From NCBI GenBank assembly GCA_050633245.1, contig JBOEGD010000016.1:26746-90745 (forward strand): 64,000 bases of DNA, in the 5' to 3' direction. This DNA is from Calditrichia bacterium. Lineage in GTDB: Bacteria; Calditrichota; Calditrichia; RBG-13-44-9; J075. The notes under the pieces were generated by a model. The model did not search any database. It was not told where the DNA came from and saw only the letters and a program-made list of their open reading frames with translations. Shown here one piece after another: positions 46,567-56,319 of this stretch. The position numbers and the translations under genes are program-made. Each line of letters begins with the position of its first letter. Within the stretch, counting starts at the first letter, position 1.

Positions 46567-46850
46567 GATACTACTCCTTAACAATTGGGTTTGGATGTCG
46601 AGCGCCCATATTCACTGCGACGATTATTAGTTGAATTACCCACTTGCTCCTCCCCTGAACATTTGATGCACCGGAACATACATTTTTTTGTTTCTTAAAT
46701 CAATTCACTTTAGCCGATAAACGTAGACTTCAAATACCCAAAAAGAAAGAAGAAGATGTCAGCTACCAAATAAAACTTGCGTTTTTACGCACATTCGACC
46801 AAATTAAATATCAAAAACGATGATAATACACAAAAGAAACGTAGGTTTCA

Positions 46851-48317
46851 ATGCACAAAATCGAAACGCTTTTTGAGCTTATCAAATCTCTCAGTCGGAC
46901 TGAGAAACGCTATTTTAAGCTGCACTCAGCCGGAAGCAAATCGGCAAACTATCTGCTGCTATTCAATGCTATCGACAAGCAAGATGTTTACGATGAGCAG
47001 GCACTACGACGAAAGTTTGCCGGTAAGACTTTTGTAAAGCAACTACACGTCATCAAAAATTATCTTTATAGTCAAATTTTGGAGAGTCTTAGACTTTATC
47101 ACAGCAACATCTCACACCAGGCAAAGCTGCACGATCTGATTAGAGAAGCCGAGATACTTTTTAGACGCGATCTGTTGAAGGCCTGTGAGAAACACCTGCA
47201 ACGTGCAGAGAAACTCGCACGACAGTTTGAAAATGATAGTCAACTTTTGATTATCTTACAGTGGCAGCGCAAGCTGATTTTACGTGTAAGTGGTGCTGGC
47301 ATGGCAAAAGAAAAACTAAATGAAATTTCAGGCAATATCTCAATTTGCCTGAAGCGACTTTTTCAAGTATCGGATTACTGGAATATTACCATCAACTTTT
47401 TCGATATCTACTCTAATGCCGGTCCAAACGAATTTCGCAAGAAGTATGACCGCGACACCGCTAGTGAGCCACTTGGGCACCATGCACAAGTGCTACACAA
47501 CTATATTGGGCAGACTCTCAGCTTTGTAGAAAATATTCCAGGTGAGGCCATGCGCGCGACCAATGAGCTTATTGAATACCTTGAAAGCCGCCCGGAGTTT
47601 ATTTCTGATGACCCGACTACCTATGTAACTGCATTGAATAACAAGATATCCGTTTGCCTTCGTCAGAAGAAATACAAAGAGATTCCCCCTCTCCTACAGC
47701 GCATTCGTTCGATTCCAGAGACGTTTGGTGTAGATCCGCGAGGCGTATCGGCAATAAAAATGACGGTTCATACTTTCAATGTTGAGCTGGAAATGTACCG
47801 GGACACCAATGATATTATTGCCGGTATGAAGCTTATCGATCAGATAAAGGCGTATTTGAAAAAGTATCAGAAGCGAATACCAGGCACCTATCAGTTTTTG
47901 CTTTATTATCAATTTGCGTCGCTATACTTCTTAAACAAAGAGTACGATTCAGCGCTTGAATGGGTAAACCGGATCACAGCAATCCCGGCGGCAGAAGTAC
48001 GACAGGATATTCGCAAACAGGCAGAGCTAATGCGGTTAATTATTCACTATGAACTTAACAACATAACCGTCCTAAGATATGCCGTCGCCAATTGTCGCAA
48101 GTTTCTTCAGCGGCGCAATCAGTATGGAAATTACGAGAAGGAACTGTTAAAGCTATTTTCTCGGTTGTGCACACTCCCTTTCAGCGATCATCTTTCTGCC
48201 TTTCAATCCACATATGATGAACTCTTCTCGACTGACATTTCCAAGGAGGTTAAAAATGAGCTTGATTATCTGAACTTTGCAGATTGGATCGCAGACCATC
48301 TCAAGAAACTTTCTTAA
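46851..48317 (+). CDS. Conserved helical/TPR-like hypothetical protein (possible regulator)
   Basis: N-terminal 'LFELIKSLS..EKRYFK...YL.LF..I', recalled as a family common in FCB bacteria; helical C-terminus. Confidence 0.6.
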   Translation: MHKIETLFELIKSLSRTEKRYFKLHSAGSKSANYLLLFNAIDKQDVYDEQALRRKFAGKTFVKQLHVIKNYLYSQILESLRLYHSNISHQAKLHDLIREAEILFRRDLLKACEKHLQRAEKLARQFENDSQLLIILQWQRKLILRVSGAGMAKEKLNEISGNISICLKRLFQVSDYWNITINFFDIYSNAGPNEFRKKYDRDTASEPLGHHAQVLHNYIGQTLSFVENIPGEAMRATNELIEYLESRPEFISDDPTTYVTALNNKISVCLRQKKYKEIPPLLQRIRSIPETFGVDPRGVSAIKMTVHTFNVELEMYRDTNDIIAGMKLIDQIKAYLKKYQKRIPGTYQFLLYYQFASLYFLNKEYDSALEWVNRITAIPAAEVRQDIRKQAELMRLIIHYELNNITVLRYAVANCRKFLQRRNQYGNYEKELLKLFSRLCTLPFSDHLSAFQSTYDELFSTDISKEVKNELDYLNFADWIADHLKKLS

Positions 48318-48359
48318 GTCGGCCGTAACAAAAGTCGAAACCTGATGTAGCTGGCAAGG

Positions 48360-50117
48360 ATGCCGGGAATTTGCGCAAAACCGACAAAGGGATTTGTAAT
48401 GAGCGTGTTCTACTACATATACTTCCTCCTCTTTTGCAGCAGTGCTCTTATAAGTGTGGCTGCACAATCCCCCGAAAATTCCTTTCTATTAAAGCAATTT
48501 GGCGGCAATGGTGATAACTTTCCCACCGGCATAGCCTGTAGCCCGGACGGCAGTATTTTTCTGGCCGGGGTGTTTGAAGATGAATTGAGCAGCCAGGAAA
48601 AAATTCTTCATAGCAGTGGAAAATGTGACATCTATCTTGGTAAGGTTAGCACCGCCGGCAAAGCAGAATGGCTTGTTAAAGCAGGTGGCACCGGTACAGA
48701 TATCCTTCTTGATATTGCAACAGACAACTATGGCAATACCTACATAGCAGGCACCTTCGAAGACATCATTTTTTTCGACAACGAGTCCTATCTACAGGCA
48801 ATTGGTTACACAGACGCATTTGTTGCACGATTGAATAGCAATGGCGACATCGACTGGCAGGTTCAACTCGGTGGAAATTACCAGGACTTTTGCGCTGCCG
48901 TTACAGCCGACCATCTTGGAAATCTAATTGTTGCAGGCAGCTTCGAGAATGACGCTCTTTTCGGCAAGAAGATAGTAACCGGGTTTGGACAGACCGATGC
49001 CTTCATTGCCAAACTGGATAGACAAACGGGTGAAGTCATTTGGGTTCGCGAAATCGGTGGAGGCAAGCAAGATTGTGCCTGGGATATTAAAACTGACGGC
49101 AGCGGCAACATTATTGTTGCAGGTGAATTTCGAGAGATAGCGCTGGTAGGTAAAACACAGCTCACCGCACGGGGAGGTGCAGATATTTATGTCGCCAAGT
49201 TCTCATCTGATGGACAGCCCCTATGGGCAAAGCAGCTTGGTGGCCAATACGATGACTCTGCAAGGCAGCTCGCGGTAGACCACTACAACTCGATCTACCT
49301 TGCCGGCAACTTCAATGACATCGCACAATTTGGCTCTGAGCAGTTGATTAGTTTGGGTGGAGCCGAGGCATTTGTGGTGCGAATGAAAAGCAATGGCGCA
49401 ATTGATTGGGCAAGGCGAGCAGGTGGACCCGGCGATGACCAGGTCTTATCACTTGCACTAAATCAGCAGCAGGAATGCCATATTACCGGCAAATTTGCTG
49501 CGCGAGCCGCTTTTGGAGAACATACCGTCAGCTCTGATGGCGCAACCGACGTCTTTTTGGCATCGTTGGACAGCCGCGGAAACTGGAATAGCGCTGAGGC
49601 TATCGGGGGTCACAAGAATGACAGCGGGAGCGCATTGGCAGTCGATCGGAATAATCGTCTTCTCCTGGCCGGCACTTTTGAAGACTCGCTGTTATTTGGC
49701 GAGAAAAGTTTACAGAGCCTTGGACGCCGAGATACGTTTCTAACGCGGCTCGATCCAAACCGCAACGGCTCTAACCACGGCCTGAGACTGACACGTGCCA
49801 CGCAAACAGATTTTGGAGTTGTACAGGCTTCGGCAAATTATGAAGGCATGATAGCCGTGGCTGACGATAATAAAAGACTCGTAAAAAGCTGTTTAAGACG
49901 CACGTATCGAAATGATCCTACCTTTAAGGGCCACATGGTTGTGAAATTCATGATTCACGCCAAAGGATTTGTTATTCCGGAGAGCGTCACAATCCTCAAG
50001 TCCAACTTAAGAGATCGTCGACTGATACACTGTATAACCAAGAATATTAAACGTTGGAAGAATTTTCCCGCTGCAGACAGTGGCGTATACCCAATTGTGC
50101 AAAAATACATCTTCTAG
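48360..50117 (+). CDS. Secreted SBBP-repeat beta-propeller with AgmX/PglI (TonB-C-like) C-terminal domain
   Basis: Repeats of 'IATD..GN.Y.AG.F...D.F.AK....G...W...GG'; C-terminal 'SC...P..KG..VVKF.I...G.V....I..S.L.D..L..CI'. The start is probably ATG 48399. Confidence 0.75.
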   Translation: MPGICAKPTKGFVMSVFYYIYFLLFCSSALISVAAQSPENSFLLKQFGGNGDNFPTGIACSPDGSIFLAGVFEDELSSQEKILHSSGKCDIYLGKVSTAGKAEWLVKAGGTGTDILLDIATDNYGNTYIAGTFEDIIFFDNESYLQAIGYTDAFVARLNSNGDIDWQVQLGGNYQDFCAAVTADHLGNLIVAGSFENDALFGKKIVTGFGQTDAFIAKLDRQTGEVIWVREIGGGKQDCAWDIKTDGSGNIIVAGEFREIALVGKTQLTARGGADIYVAKFSSDGQPLWAKQLGGQYDDSARQLAVDHYNSIYLAGNFNDIAQFGSEQLISLGGAEAFVVRMKSNGAIDWARRAGGPGDDQVLSLALNQQQECHITGKFAARAAFGEHTVSSDGATDVFLASLDSRGNWNSAEAIGGHKNDSGSALAVDRNNRLLLAGTFEDSLLFGEKSLQSLGRRDTFLTRLDPNRNGSNHGLRLTRATQTDFGVVQASANYEGMIAVADDNKRLVKSCLRRTYRNDPTFKGHMVVKFMIHAKGFVIPESVTILKSNLRDRRLIHCITKNIKRWKNFPAADSGVYPIVQKYIF

Positions 50118-50203
50118 AACATACCGCCGTATTATCCTTGCAGTATGTTCGACTACCTACAAAAACAGCTCGCCCTTAGTTTTCAGGGCGGGCTGCTTAC
50201 CTT

Positions 50204-50620
50204 TCAGGCAGACTGCTTATTAAGATGTTCAGCAACTTCTTTTAGAGATTGGCACCAGGTCGCACCATTTTCGAGAACCAGGCGGCCGACGGCATTCAAA
50301 GACTTTATCTGCCAGCTGGTAAACGCCATGTCACCATCTTCCTCAAGATAACAAAATATGGTTTTTTTCGGACGTTTATTGCTATCATCCACAACTTCGG
50401 CGATGGAATAAAACCCCTCCAAACGAGGAGACAAAACATAAAGACAGAACTCACTATGTTCTCGGGCATCCAGTTCACGCTGCTGCGCGGCGTCATCCCA
50501 CTCCTCTACAATAGGATGAAAATAATCGATTTCCAGGTGCGGTATCAATTCCTCGCGCCATCCAGAGTCGGCACAGGTACCACCAAGAAAGACACATGGA
50601 TTTTTAGTATCAGAAGCCAT
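50204..50620 (-). CDS. Nucleoside 2-deoxyribosyltransferase-like protein
   Basis: 'VFLGGTC..S.WRE', 'YF.P.V..W', 'YSIAEV.DDS'; ATG 50620 with GGAGG RBS. Confidence 0.75.
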   Translation of the reverse strand: MASDTKNPCVFLGGTCADSGWREELIPHLEIDYFHPIVEEWDDAAQQRELDAREHSEFCLYVLSPRLEGFYSIAEVVDDSNKRPKKTIFCYLEEDGDMAFTSWQIKSLNAVGRLVLENGATWCQSLKEVAEHLNKQSA

Positions 50621-50630
50621 CTGTAGCCTC

Positions 50631-51290
50631 CTATTTAAACAGCGGTATAGTTTGTAAGGTGTTGTTTGTTGCGCGATAGAGCATTGCCGGTCTTGCCTTT
50701 TGTCCGCGTAACGTTTGACCACTCGGTTCAACAATATCCATTGAGAGGATCTTCTTGCGGAAGTTCCGCTTGTCCAGCGATTTATCAAGGCAAACTTCAT
50801 AGAGGTGTTGCATATCTGATAGCGGGAAAAGTTTCGGCAAAAGAAAAAGAGCAATTGTTGTATAGTTCAGCTTGGAGGCAATTCGTTCGAGACAGGTTTC
50901 CAAAATATTATCATGATCATACGCTAATCCGTTCACAGAATGGGCATTGAACCAACTGCCCCCGGAATATTTATCGCAGGCAATAAATTCGTCTTCCCCA
51001 GTGGTGAACGACATGTAAGCTGTCGAAATCGAACGCTGCCGTGGATCGCGATGTAGATCTGAGAAGGTAAATACTTGCTCAACATAACCGGGTTCTACTC
51101 CGGTAGCCTCATGATAAACCCGTGAAGAGGCCTGCTGTAGATTTTCATCCATCTGCAGCAAAGAGCCGGGAAAAGCCAACTTCCCTTTTTGAGGTTCACC
51201 TTTTAAACGAACCAGGAAGACCTGAAGCGTTTTTTCACGGAAACGGAAAATTCCAACATCTGTCGCGGCATATGGGTTCGTTGCTTGCAT
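50631..51290 (-). CDS. nrtR: NrtR-family Nudix-wHTH transcriptional regulator
   Basis: Degenerate Nudix domain, 'RDPR.R.IS.AY', 'LAYDH', 'LDKRNFRKK', 'RPA.LY'. Confidence 0.88.
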   Translation of the reverse strand: MQATNPYAATDVGIFRFREKTLQVFLVRLKGEPQKGKLAFPGSLLQMDENLQQASSRVYHEATGVEPGYVEQVFTFSDLHRDPRQRSISTAYMSFTTGEDEFIACDKYSGGSWFNAHSVNGLAYDHDNILETCLERIASKLNYTTIALFLLPKLFPLSDMQHLYEVCLDKSLDKRNFRKKILSMDIVEPSGQTLRGQKARPAMLYRATNNTLQTIPLFK

Positions 51291-51298
51291 GCAGAGAA

Positions 51299-51320
51299 TA
51301 TCGTGTAAATTTTACACTAT
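51299..51320. promoter_or_regulatory. Putative NrtR operator
   Basis: GTGTAAA-T-TTTACAC palindrome (51303-51317) with a GT-N7-AC core, immediately upstream of nrtR. Confidence 0.75.
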
Positions 51321-51485
51321 CGCAAGTGGAAAGATTATTTCAGTACCGCTTTCAAAAACGAGTATTGCGCAGCCCGGTAAACCTGCTTATTTTAGCCTCG
51401 CCGATGAAAAATTGCACTTTAACCGAGACAATTAATCTCATTCGGCCTATGTCCGGAATCCTATTAGAATCTATGGAGTTATACA

Positions 51486-52223
51486 ATGGCAAATCAAAAG
51501 CAATTTTCTCTGCTTTCCTTTTTTACTCTGCTGGTAACCAACCTCTTGTTGGGTGGTGGCCTATATTATCTGGGTAGCAACATTTTAAGCAAGCTGCAGG
51601 GCTGGGTAAATCAGCCGGTAGATGCCGGCGCAGACAATGTAACGGTAACCGTACAAAACATCGTCGCATTTCTTAACGATTTTATTCCGCAAAATCGCGA
51701 ACAACTTATGCTTTTTGCGATTGGCCTTGCGGTTGCCGCTACGCTTATCGGCTGGCTAATTATCCAGCTGCTTGCAAAACGCACGCTCGGCAGCACTCCT
51801 ACTGCTGCTAAAGCCAAGCCAGCCAAGATGGACGAGAACTCTCCTGCCCCGGCAATTCAGCTGCTATCTATTTTACAGCGCGATGGTCGTCTGTTAGATT
51901 TTCTGAATGAAGACCTGTCATCTTATGATGACGCTCAGATTGGAGCAGCCGTTCGCAATGTTCACGAAGGCTGTAAAAAAGCGCTCAACAACTGCTTTCA
52001 GATGAAGCCGGTAATGTCGCAGCAGGAAGGCAGCGAAGTGAATGTTCCGCATGGATTTGATGCACGGCAAATTCGCCTGATAGGCAATGTAGTTGGAGAA
52101 CCGCCATTCAGCGGCTCATTACGTCATAAAGGCTGGAAAATTACTCGCGTCGATTTGCCGAAGCAAACCAAGGAACAAAGCGAAAATAAAGTTGTTGCTG
52201 CCGCTGAAGTAGAAGTGCGCTAG
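51486..52223 (+). CDS. DUF2760 membrane protein (GrpE-like C-terminus)
   Basis: 'QLLSILQRDGRL.DFL.ED...Y.DAQIGAAVR.VH.GC', 'GN..GEPPF.G.L.H.GW', 'AEVE'. Confidence 0.88.
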   Translation: MANQKQFSLLSFFTLLVTNLLLGGGLYYLGSNILSKLQGWVNQPVDAGADNVTVTVQNIVAFLNDFIPQNREQLMLFAIGLAVAATLIGWLIIQLLAKRTLGSTPTAAKAKPAKMDENSPAPAIQLLSILQRDGRLLDFLNEDLSSYDDAQIGAAVRNVHEGCKKALNNCFQMKPVMSQQEGSEVNVPHGFDARQIRLIGNVVGEPPFSGSLRHKGWKITRVDLPKQTKEQSENKVVAAAEVEVR

Positions 52224-52241
52224 AATCCGCACTCTCACCTT

Positions 52242-53939
52242 TTAGCTTTCGCGATTCGTTGGGCAGGTCATGCAGCGTGGCCCGCCTCCCCACTTCACGA
52301 TATTCGGCATCGAAACAGCTACGACCTCGACGCCAGCGTCAACAAGACGCTGGTTAGTGCTTTCGTTTTCACGCGCAGCGACGACTTTATTCGGCGCAAG
52401 ACAAACGACATTACAGCCTAATGAAACCTGTTCTTCCGGGTCAGCGACTATGATCTCAAAATTATCTTTGCGCAAACGCTTCAAGAAGCTATCTGGCAGC
52501 TGCGTTATATCTGCAAGACACTTGCGGGGTGCGAGCATGGTAAACAACACGTCAAGGTGCAGATCGGCATGTGGTACCGGAATAAATTCGTATTGTGGAA
52601 AGGTTGCGACAAGCTTATCGTAACCGGCACGCGTAGTACGCTGACCAATTCCAACAGCAATGGTTTTTTCATCCAGCAATATCAAATCGCCGCCTTCGGC
52701 AACCGCTTCTTCATCGCCTCCGAGCTCCATTTGAACTCTTCCCTGCGATACCAGTCGCATTCCTTCACTTTCGTACATCCTCTGCTGCTGCCCCAATTGA
52801 GCAATGCAAAAGGTCTTGTCAAAAACAAAGGCAGGGTCGCGCGTAAAAATGGCGGACTTACCATCTTTTCCCATGGCATTTGTATGAACGACATTTACGT
52901 TATGCGCGACCAGTGTTCCTACAAACAGATTGTATTCATCTTTAAAGGCAATCGGATCAATGTTATTGACATTCATACGCGCAACATCATTGATGGCATA
53001 TTCTTCGCGAATCTGGGCATTTTCCGGAGTGTATGAGACTACCACCTCGCGTAGCGGATCGTATTCAGTTTTTACACTGAGCGGAAAAGCAAGACGATCT
53101 GCGCGAGGAGGGAGATCATTGCGCTGAAAAAGCAATACTTGTTCTTCGCTGCTGGCTGCATCGTATTCACCGGGCAGCAATAGTGCAATTCCAAAATAAT
53201 CTGAATGTAGCACTTTCCCTAACATGTGGTGAGTATTAAGCTCAAAGCCATCTCGCTTTTGCACACGAATAGCGATTTTCTCCGGCTTATCGGAAAGCAG
53301 CGCATCTGCGCCCTCCGGGCTTTCCAGACGCGCTATTATCCCGTCACGCAGAAGCTCGGCCTGTTTATCAGGCTCAAAAGGAAACTGCTCGGTAATCAGG
53401 TTTTTCGCCATTACCAGGCGCCCACCGCCTTCTTCCTGTGCGGCATAGCGTGTTGGATCGTACTCGGTAATGCGAAAACCGGCAAGAAAGGCATCGCGGA
53501 TTATTTCGCGATTTTCCGGTCTTACCGTTAAACGAATACTGCGCTTTCGTTCTTCACGCGCCAGTACCTCTTGCGCTTTATATAAAACCTGTACATAGCC
53601 TGCACCGGCTGTTCCATAAATAAACGCTTCATGCATGCGCACTTCCTGCCAATACACAGATCCAAATAAAGCCTGCGAAAAGGCGACGACACTCCCACTA
53701 TCGTCACGGCAAAACAGCACTGCACCGCGCTCGCGGATTGCCAGCAGCTCTTTCATGGATATTTGCTGGATGCCGGTAAAGTGTTGATTATCGAGGTGCA
53801 AGACTTCCTTAAGCTCAGCATCCGATTTTGCAACCGAAACGCGGTAAAGCTTTCCTTCGTGCTTTACCTCTACATAGTGATGACCGGATGAATCTGTTAC
53901 GCTTTTATTGATAATACTCTGGAAGCGATTGGATGACAT
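52242..53939 (-). CDS. GNAT-like domain fused to an amidinotransferase/ADI/DDAH-family domain
   Basis: C-terminal 'EYDPLREV', FTRD, EGGD, HLD, GGGPRCMT (catalytic Cys); N-terminal 'IRLTVRPEN......F..AGF'. Confidence 0.75.
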   Translation of the reverse strand: MSSNRFQSIINKSVTDSSGHHYVEVKHEGKLYRVSVAKSDAELKEVLHLDNQHFTGIQQISMKELLAIRERGAVLFCRDDSGSVVAFSQALFGSVYWQEVRMHEAFIYGTAGAGYVQVLYKAQEVLAREERKRSIRLTVRPENREIIRDAFLAGFRITEYDPTRYAAQEEGGGRLVMAKNLITEQFPFEPDKQAELLRDGIIARLESPEGADALLSDKPEKIAIRVQKRDGFELNTHHMLGKVLHSDYFGIALLLPGEYDAASSEEQVLLFQRNDLPPRADRLAFPLSVKTEYDPLREVVVSYTPENAQIREEYAINDVARMNVNNIDPIAFKDEYNLFVGTLVAHNVNVVHTNAMGKDGKSAIFTRDPAFVFDKTFCIAQLGQQQRMYESEGMRLVSQGRVQMELGGDEEAVAEGGDLILLDEKTIAVGIGQRTTRAGYDKLVATFPQYEFIPVPHADLHLDVLFTMLAPRKCLADITQLPDSFLKRLRKDNFEIIVADPEEQVSLGCNVVCLAPNKVVAARENESTNQRLVDAGVEVVAVSMPNIVKWGGGPRCMTCPTNRES

Positions 53940-53979
53940 AACGACCTCTTTCGAAAAGGTAAGTGAGAGTGAAAAAAAA

Positions 53980-55260
53980 TCAATCGGACACGGTCCATCT
54001 TTTGGCCTTCATCTCGAAACGTGGTAACTCACCGCTTGCTACTTCTCGAACCGGGACGCGAAGAGCGAGCCGAACCTTCAGTTCTTTTTCGAGCACCTGC
54101 AGCAAAGCGGGTTGTCCCTGATGATCAGGAAAAGGTTCAACCACAATAGCCATTTCGTGCATTCCCTTGCTTTTCGATATCTCGACCTGATACTCGGCAA
54201 TCCAGTTGAATGTTCGCACAATTGCATCTATTGCGGCAGGGTAAATATTCACACCGCGAATCGAATACATATCATCAGTGCGACCGAGAATTCCGCCGGA
54301 AAGCGCCATTTCGACATTGCCCCCTGCTGCATCGGTTGCTTCGCAAACCAGATCGCCGGTTCGATAACGTATCAAAGGTGATCCCGTTCGTCCCAGCGTC
54401 GTGAGCACCAGCTCACCGGGAGTGCCTGGTGTAACGGGCTGTAACGTTTCCGGCTCTACAACTTCTGCCAGATAATTATCACCCATAATTCGCAAGATAT
54501 CAGAATTATCCGGGCACTCATAGCTTACCGGACCTGTTTCCGTCATTCCGTGGTGGTCATAGACATGACAGCCCGGCCACAGGCGTTCAATCTGCCTTAC
54601 GGTTGCGGGAAGACTACCGCCGGGTTCACCTGCAACAATCACCGCTTTAACCGGCGAGTCAATAAAATCTATGCCTTCAGAACGAGCAACCTCACCTAAT
54701 CTTATCGCATACGTCGGGGTACAAAGCAAAGCATCAATCCGATTATCGCGAAACATCTTCAGTCGTGCCACGCTGCTTAAACCACCTGCGGGAATGGCCA
54801 GGTATCCCAGAGAAACTGCGGCATCAAATGCCGTCCAAAATCCAAGAAAAGGACCAAAAGAAAAGGCAAATCCAAGACGATCACCTTTTTTCAGTCCACA
54901 GGCATCGAAAATGCGTCGCCATGCGTGCAGCATCCACTCCCAGCTCTCAGCGGTATCCAGCCAGCGCAATGGCTGCCCGGACGTGCCACTCGTCTGGCTA
55001 TAGCGCGAATAATCGGACAGTGGCCAGGTCATAATACGCCCATAGGGTGGATGTATTTGTTGATCCGCAACAATTTCGGCCTTCGACGTGATGGGAATAA
55101 GATCTTTGAACGCATCGAGGCTTTGCAAAGCAGCATTCAAATCGAGACCGGTATATTTTTCCTGATAAAATTTATTTGACGGGAGAATCAAAGAAAACAA
55201 CTTGCGCAGTTGCGCAAGCTGCTTCGCTTCTAATACGTGTAGGTCTGAGAATAGCGCCAT
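53980..55260 (-). CDS. Phenylacetate-CoA ligase-like (PaaK-family) adenylating enzyme
   Basis: TSGTSG P-loop, AGEPG, HGMTE, IRYRTGD, GRTDDM. Confidence 0.9.
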   Translation of the reverse strand: MALFSDLHVLEAKQLAQLRKLFSLILPSNKFYQEKYTGLDLNAALQSLDAFKDLIPITSKAEIVADQQIHPPYGRIMTWPLSDYSRYSQTSGTSGQPLRWLDTAESWEWMLHAWRRIFDACGLKKGDRLGFAFSFGPFLGFWTAFDAAVSLGYLAIPAGGLSSVARLKMFRDNRIDALLCTPTYAIRLGEVARSEGIDFIDSPVKAVIVAGEPGGSLPATVRQIERLWPGCHVYDHHGMTETGPVSYECPDNSDILRIMGDNYLAEVVEPETLQPVTPGTPGELVLTTLGRTGSPLIRYRTGDLVCEATDAAGGNVEMALSGGILGRTDDMYSIRGVNIYPAAIDAIVRTFNWIAEYQVEISKSKGMHEMAIVVEPFPDHQGQPALLQVLEKELKVRLALRVPVREVASGELPRFEMKAKRWTVSD

Positions 55261-55275
55261 TTAGTAAACTCTGGC

Positions 55276-55836
55276 CTATTCAGGTGCCTGATCTGAAGAA
55301 TTGACCGGCTGGTGAACCGCCGATTGCGGTTTAGCCGCAGCTGGCCCCGGTTTGTATTTTACAACCAGATATCCGCCAATAGCGGCCATTAAAATACCAA
55401 TAAAGAACGGTGCACGAATGCTGCTGATTCCACCAGCGGGCGGATGAACAATCATTGAAGCAATAGCGTTAACAATCGGCGCCCCAGCAAAAACAAGCGA
55501 CATTACAACGGCCGGTGTACCTTTTGCACCAAAGGCCAAAAGAACGCTAAAGGCACCAATAGCACCAACGATGCCGGCGATTAGCGACAATCCCATCCCG
55601 CTGGCCGGGAAACTCCAGTCTGCGCCATTAAACTTTAGCATTAGTAGTGGCCCAAGAACTGCGGTAATAAAGTAGGCAATTCCTACAAACAGAAAGGCCT
55701 TGTATCGCCCATTTTCCGGATCGCCCATTCCAATTTGTCCGCTGTGAAGAAAAATTCCATACAGTCCCCACGTAATGATAGTCAGGGCAACAAACACTAG
55801 CCATGTCATAGATTGCGCTCCATTTCCAGCTTCCAT
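55276..55836 (-). CDS. Five-TM EamA/DMT-like membrane protein
   Basis: Hydrophobic helices; 'WGLYG..LH.G', 'VMSLVFAGAPIVN'. The start may be 55809. Confidence 0.65.
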   Translation of the reverse strand: MEAGNGAQSMTWLVFVALTIITWGLYGIFLHSGQIGMGDPENGRYKAFLFVGIAYFITAVLGPLLMLKFNGADWSFPASGMGLSLIAGIVGAIGAFSVLLAFGAKGTPAVVMSLVFAGAPIVNAIASMIVHPPAGGISSIRAPFFIGILMAAIGGYLVVKYKPGPAAAKPQSAVHQPVNSSDQAPE

Positions 55837-55866
55837 ATAAGCTCCATATCAATTTTTGTCACAATG

Positions 55867-56316
55867 TTAGCCTTTGACGGCCTCAGGTGCAACCTCTATT
55901 TTGTTTGCAAGTCCATCGGGAATCGCCATTCCTCTCATCTCGCCGGATTGAGGATCCTTTAGCATGCAAACGCAGACAAGATTGCCAATCGCAGCCACTG
56001 CTACCGGAACGCCATCTTCACAACGCGAAATCGTAAACCGATAACTCAGAGATTTCGTGCCTTTGCGAATAACCTGAAGGTGCACCTGAAGTTCATCTTC
56101 AAAGCGAACGGGTGTTTTGAAATCGCAATTGGCATGAACACGCGGCCAACCACTGTATTCGGTGGTCTCGTGCGGATGCACGGTATAGCCGAGAGAACGT
56201 AAGAAGGCATGCTCGGCTTGTTCCATATAGCGAAAGAAGTTGGCAAAATGAACGATACCTGCCATATCCGTTTCCGCAAATTCAACGCGTCTGCGCAGAT
56301 AGAATTCATGCGCCAT
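55867..56316 (-). CDS. 4HBT/YbgC-like acyl-CoA thioesterase
   Basis: 'RVEFAETDMAGIVHFANFFRYME.AE'. Confidence 0.9.
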   Translation of the reverse strand: MAHEFYLRRRVEFAETDMAGIVHFANFFRYMEQAEHAFLRSLGYTVHPHETTEYSGWPRVHANCDFKTPVRFEDELQVHLQVIRKGTKSLSYRFTISRCEDGVPVAVAAIGNLVCVCMLKDPQSGEMRGMAIPDGLANKIEVAPEAVKG

Positions 56317-56319
56317 TCA

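Noticed and set aside
50621-50854. 78-aa N-terminal extension of the 50204..50854 ORF
   Set aside because: It overlaps nrtR in another frame; a good RBS and ATG exist at 50620.
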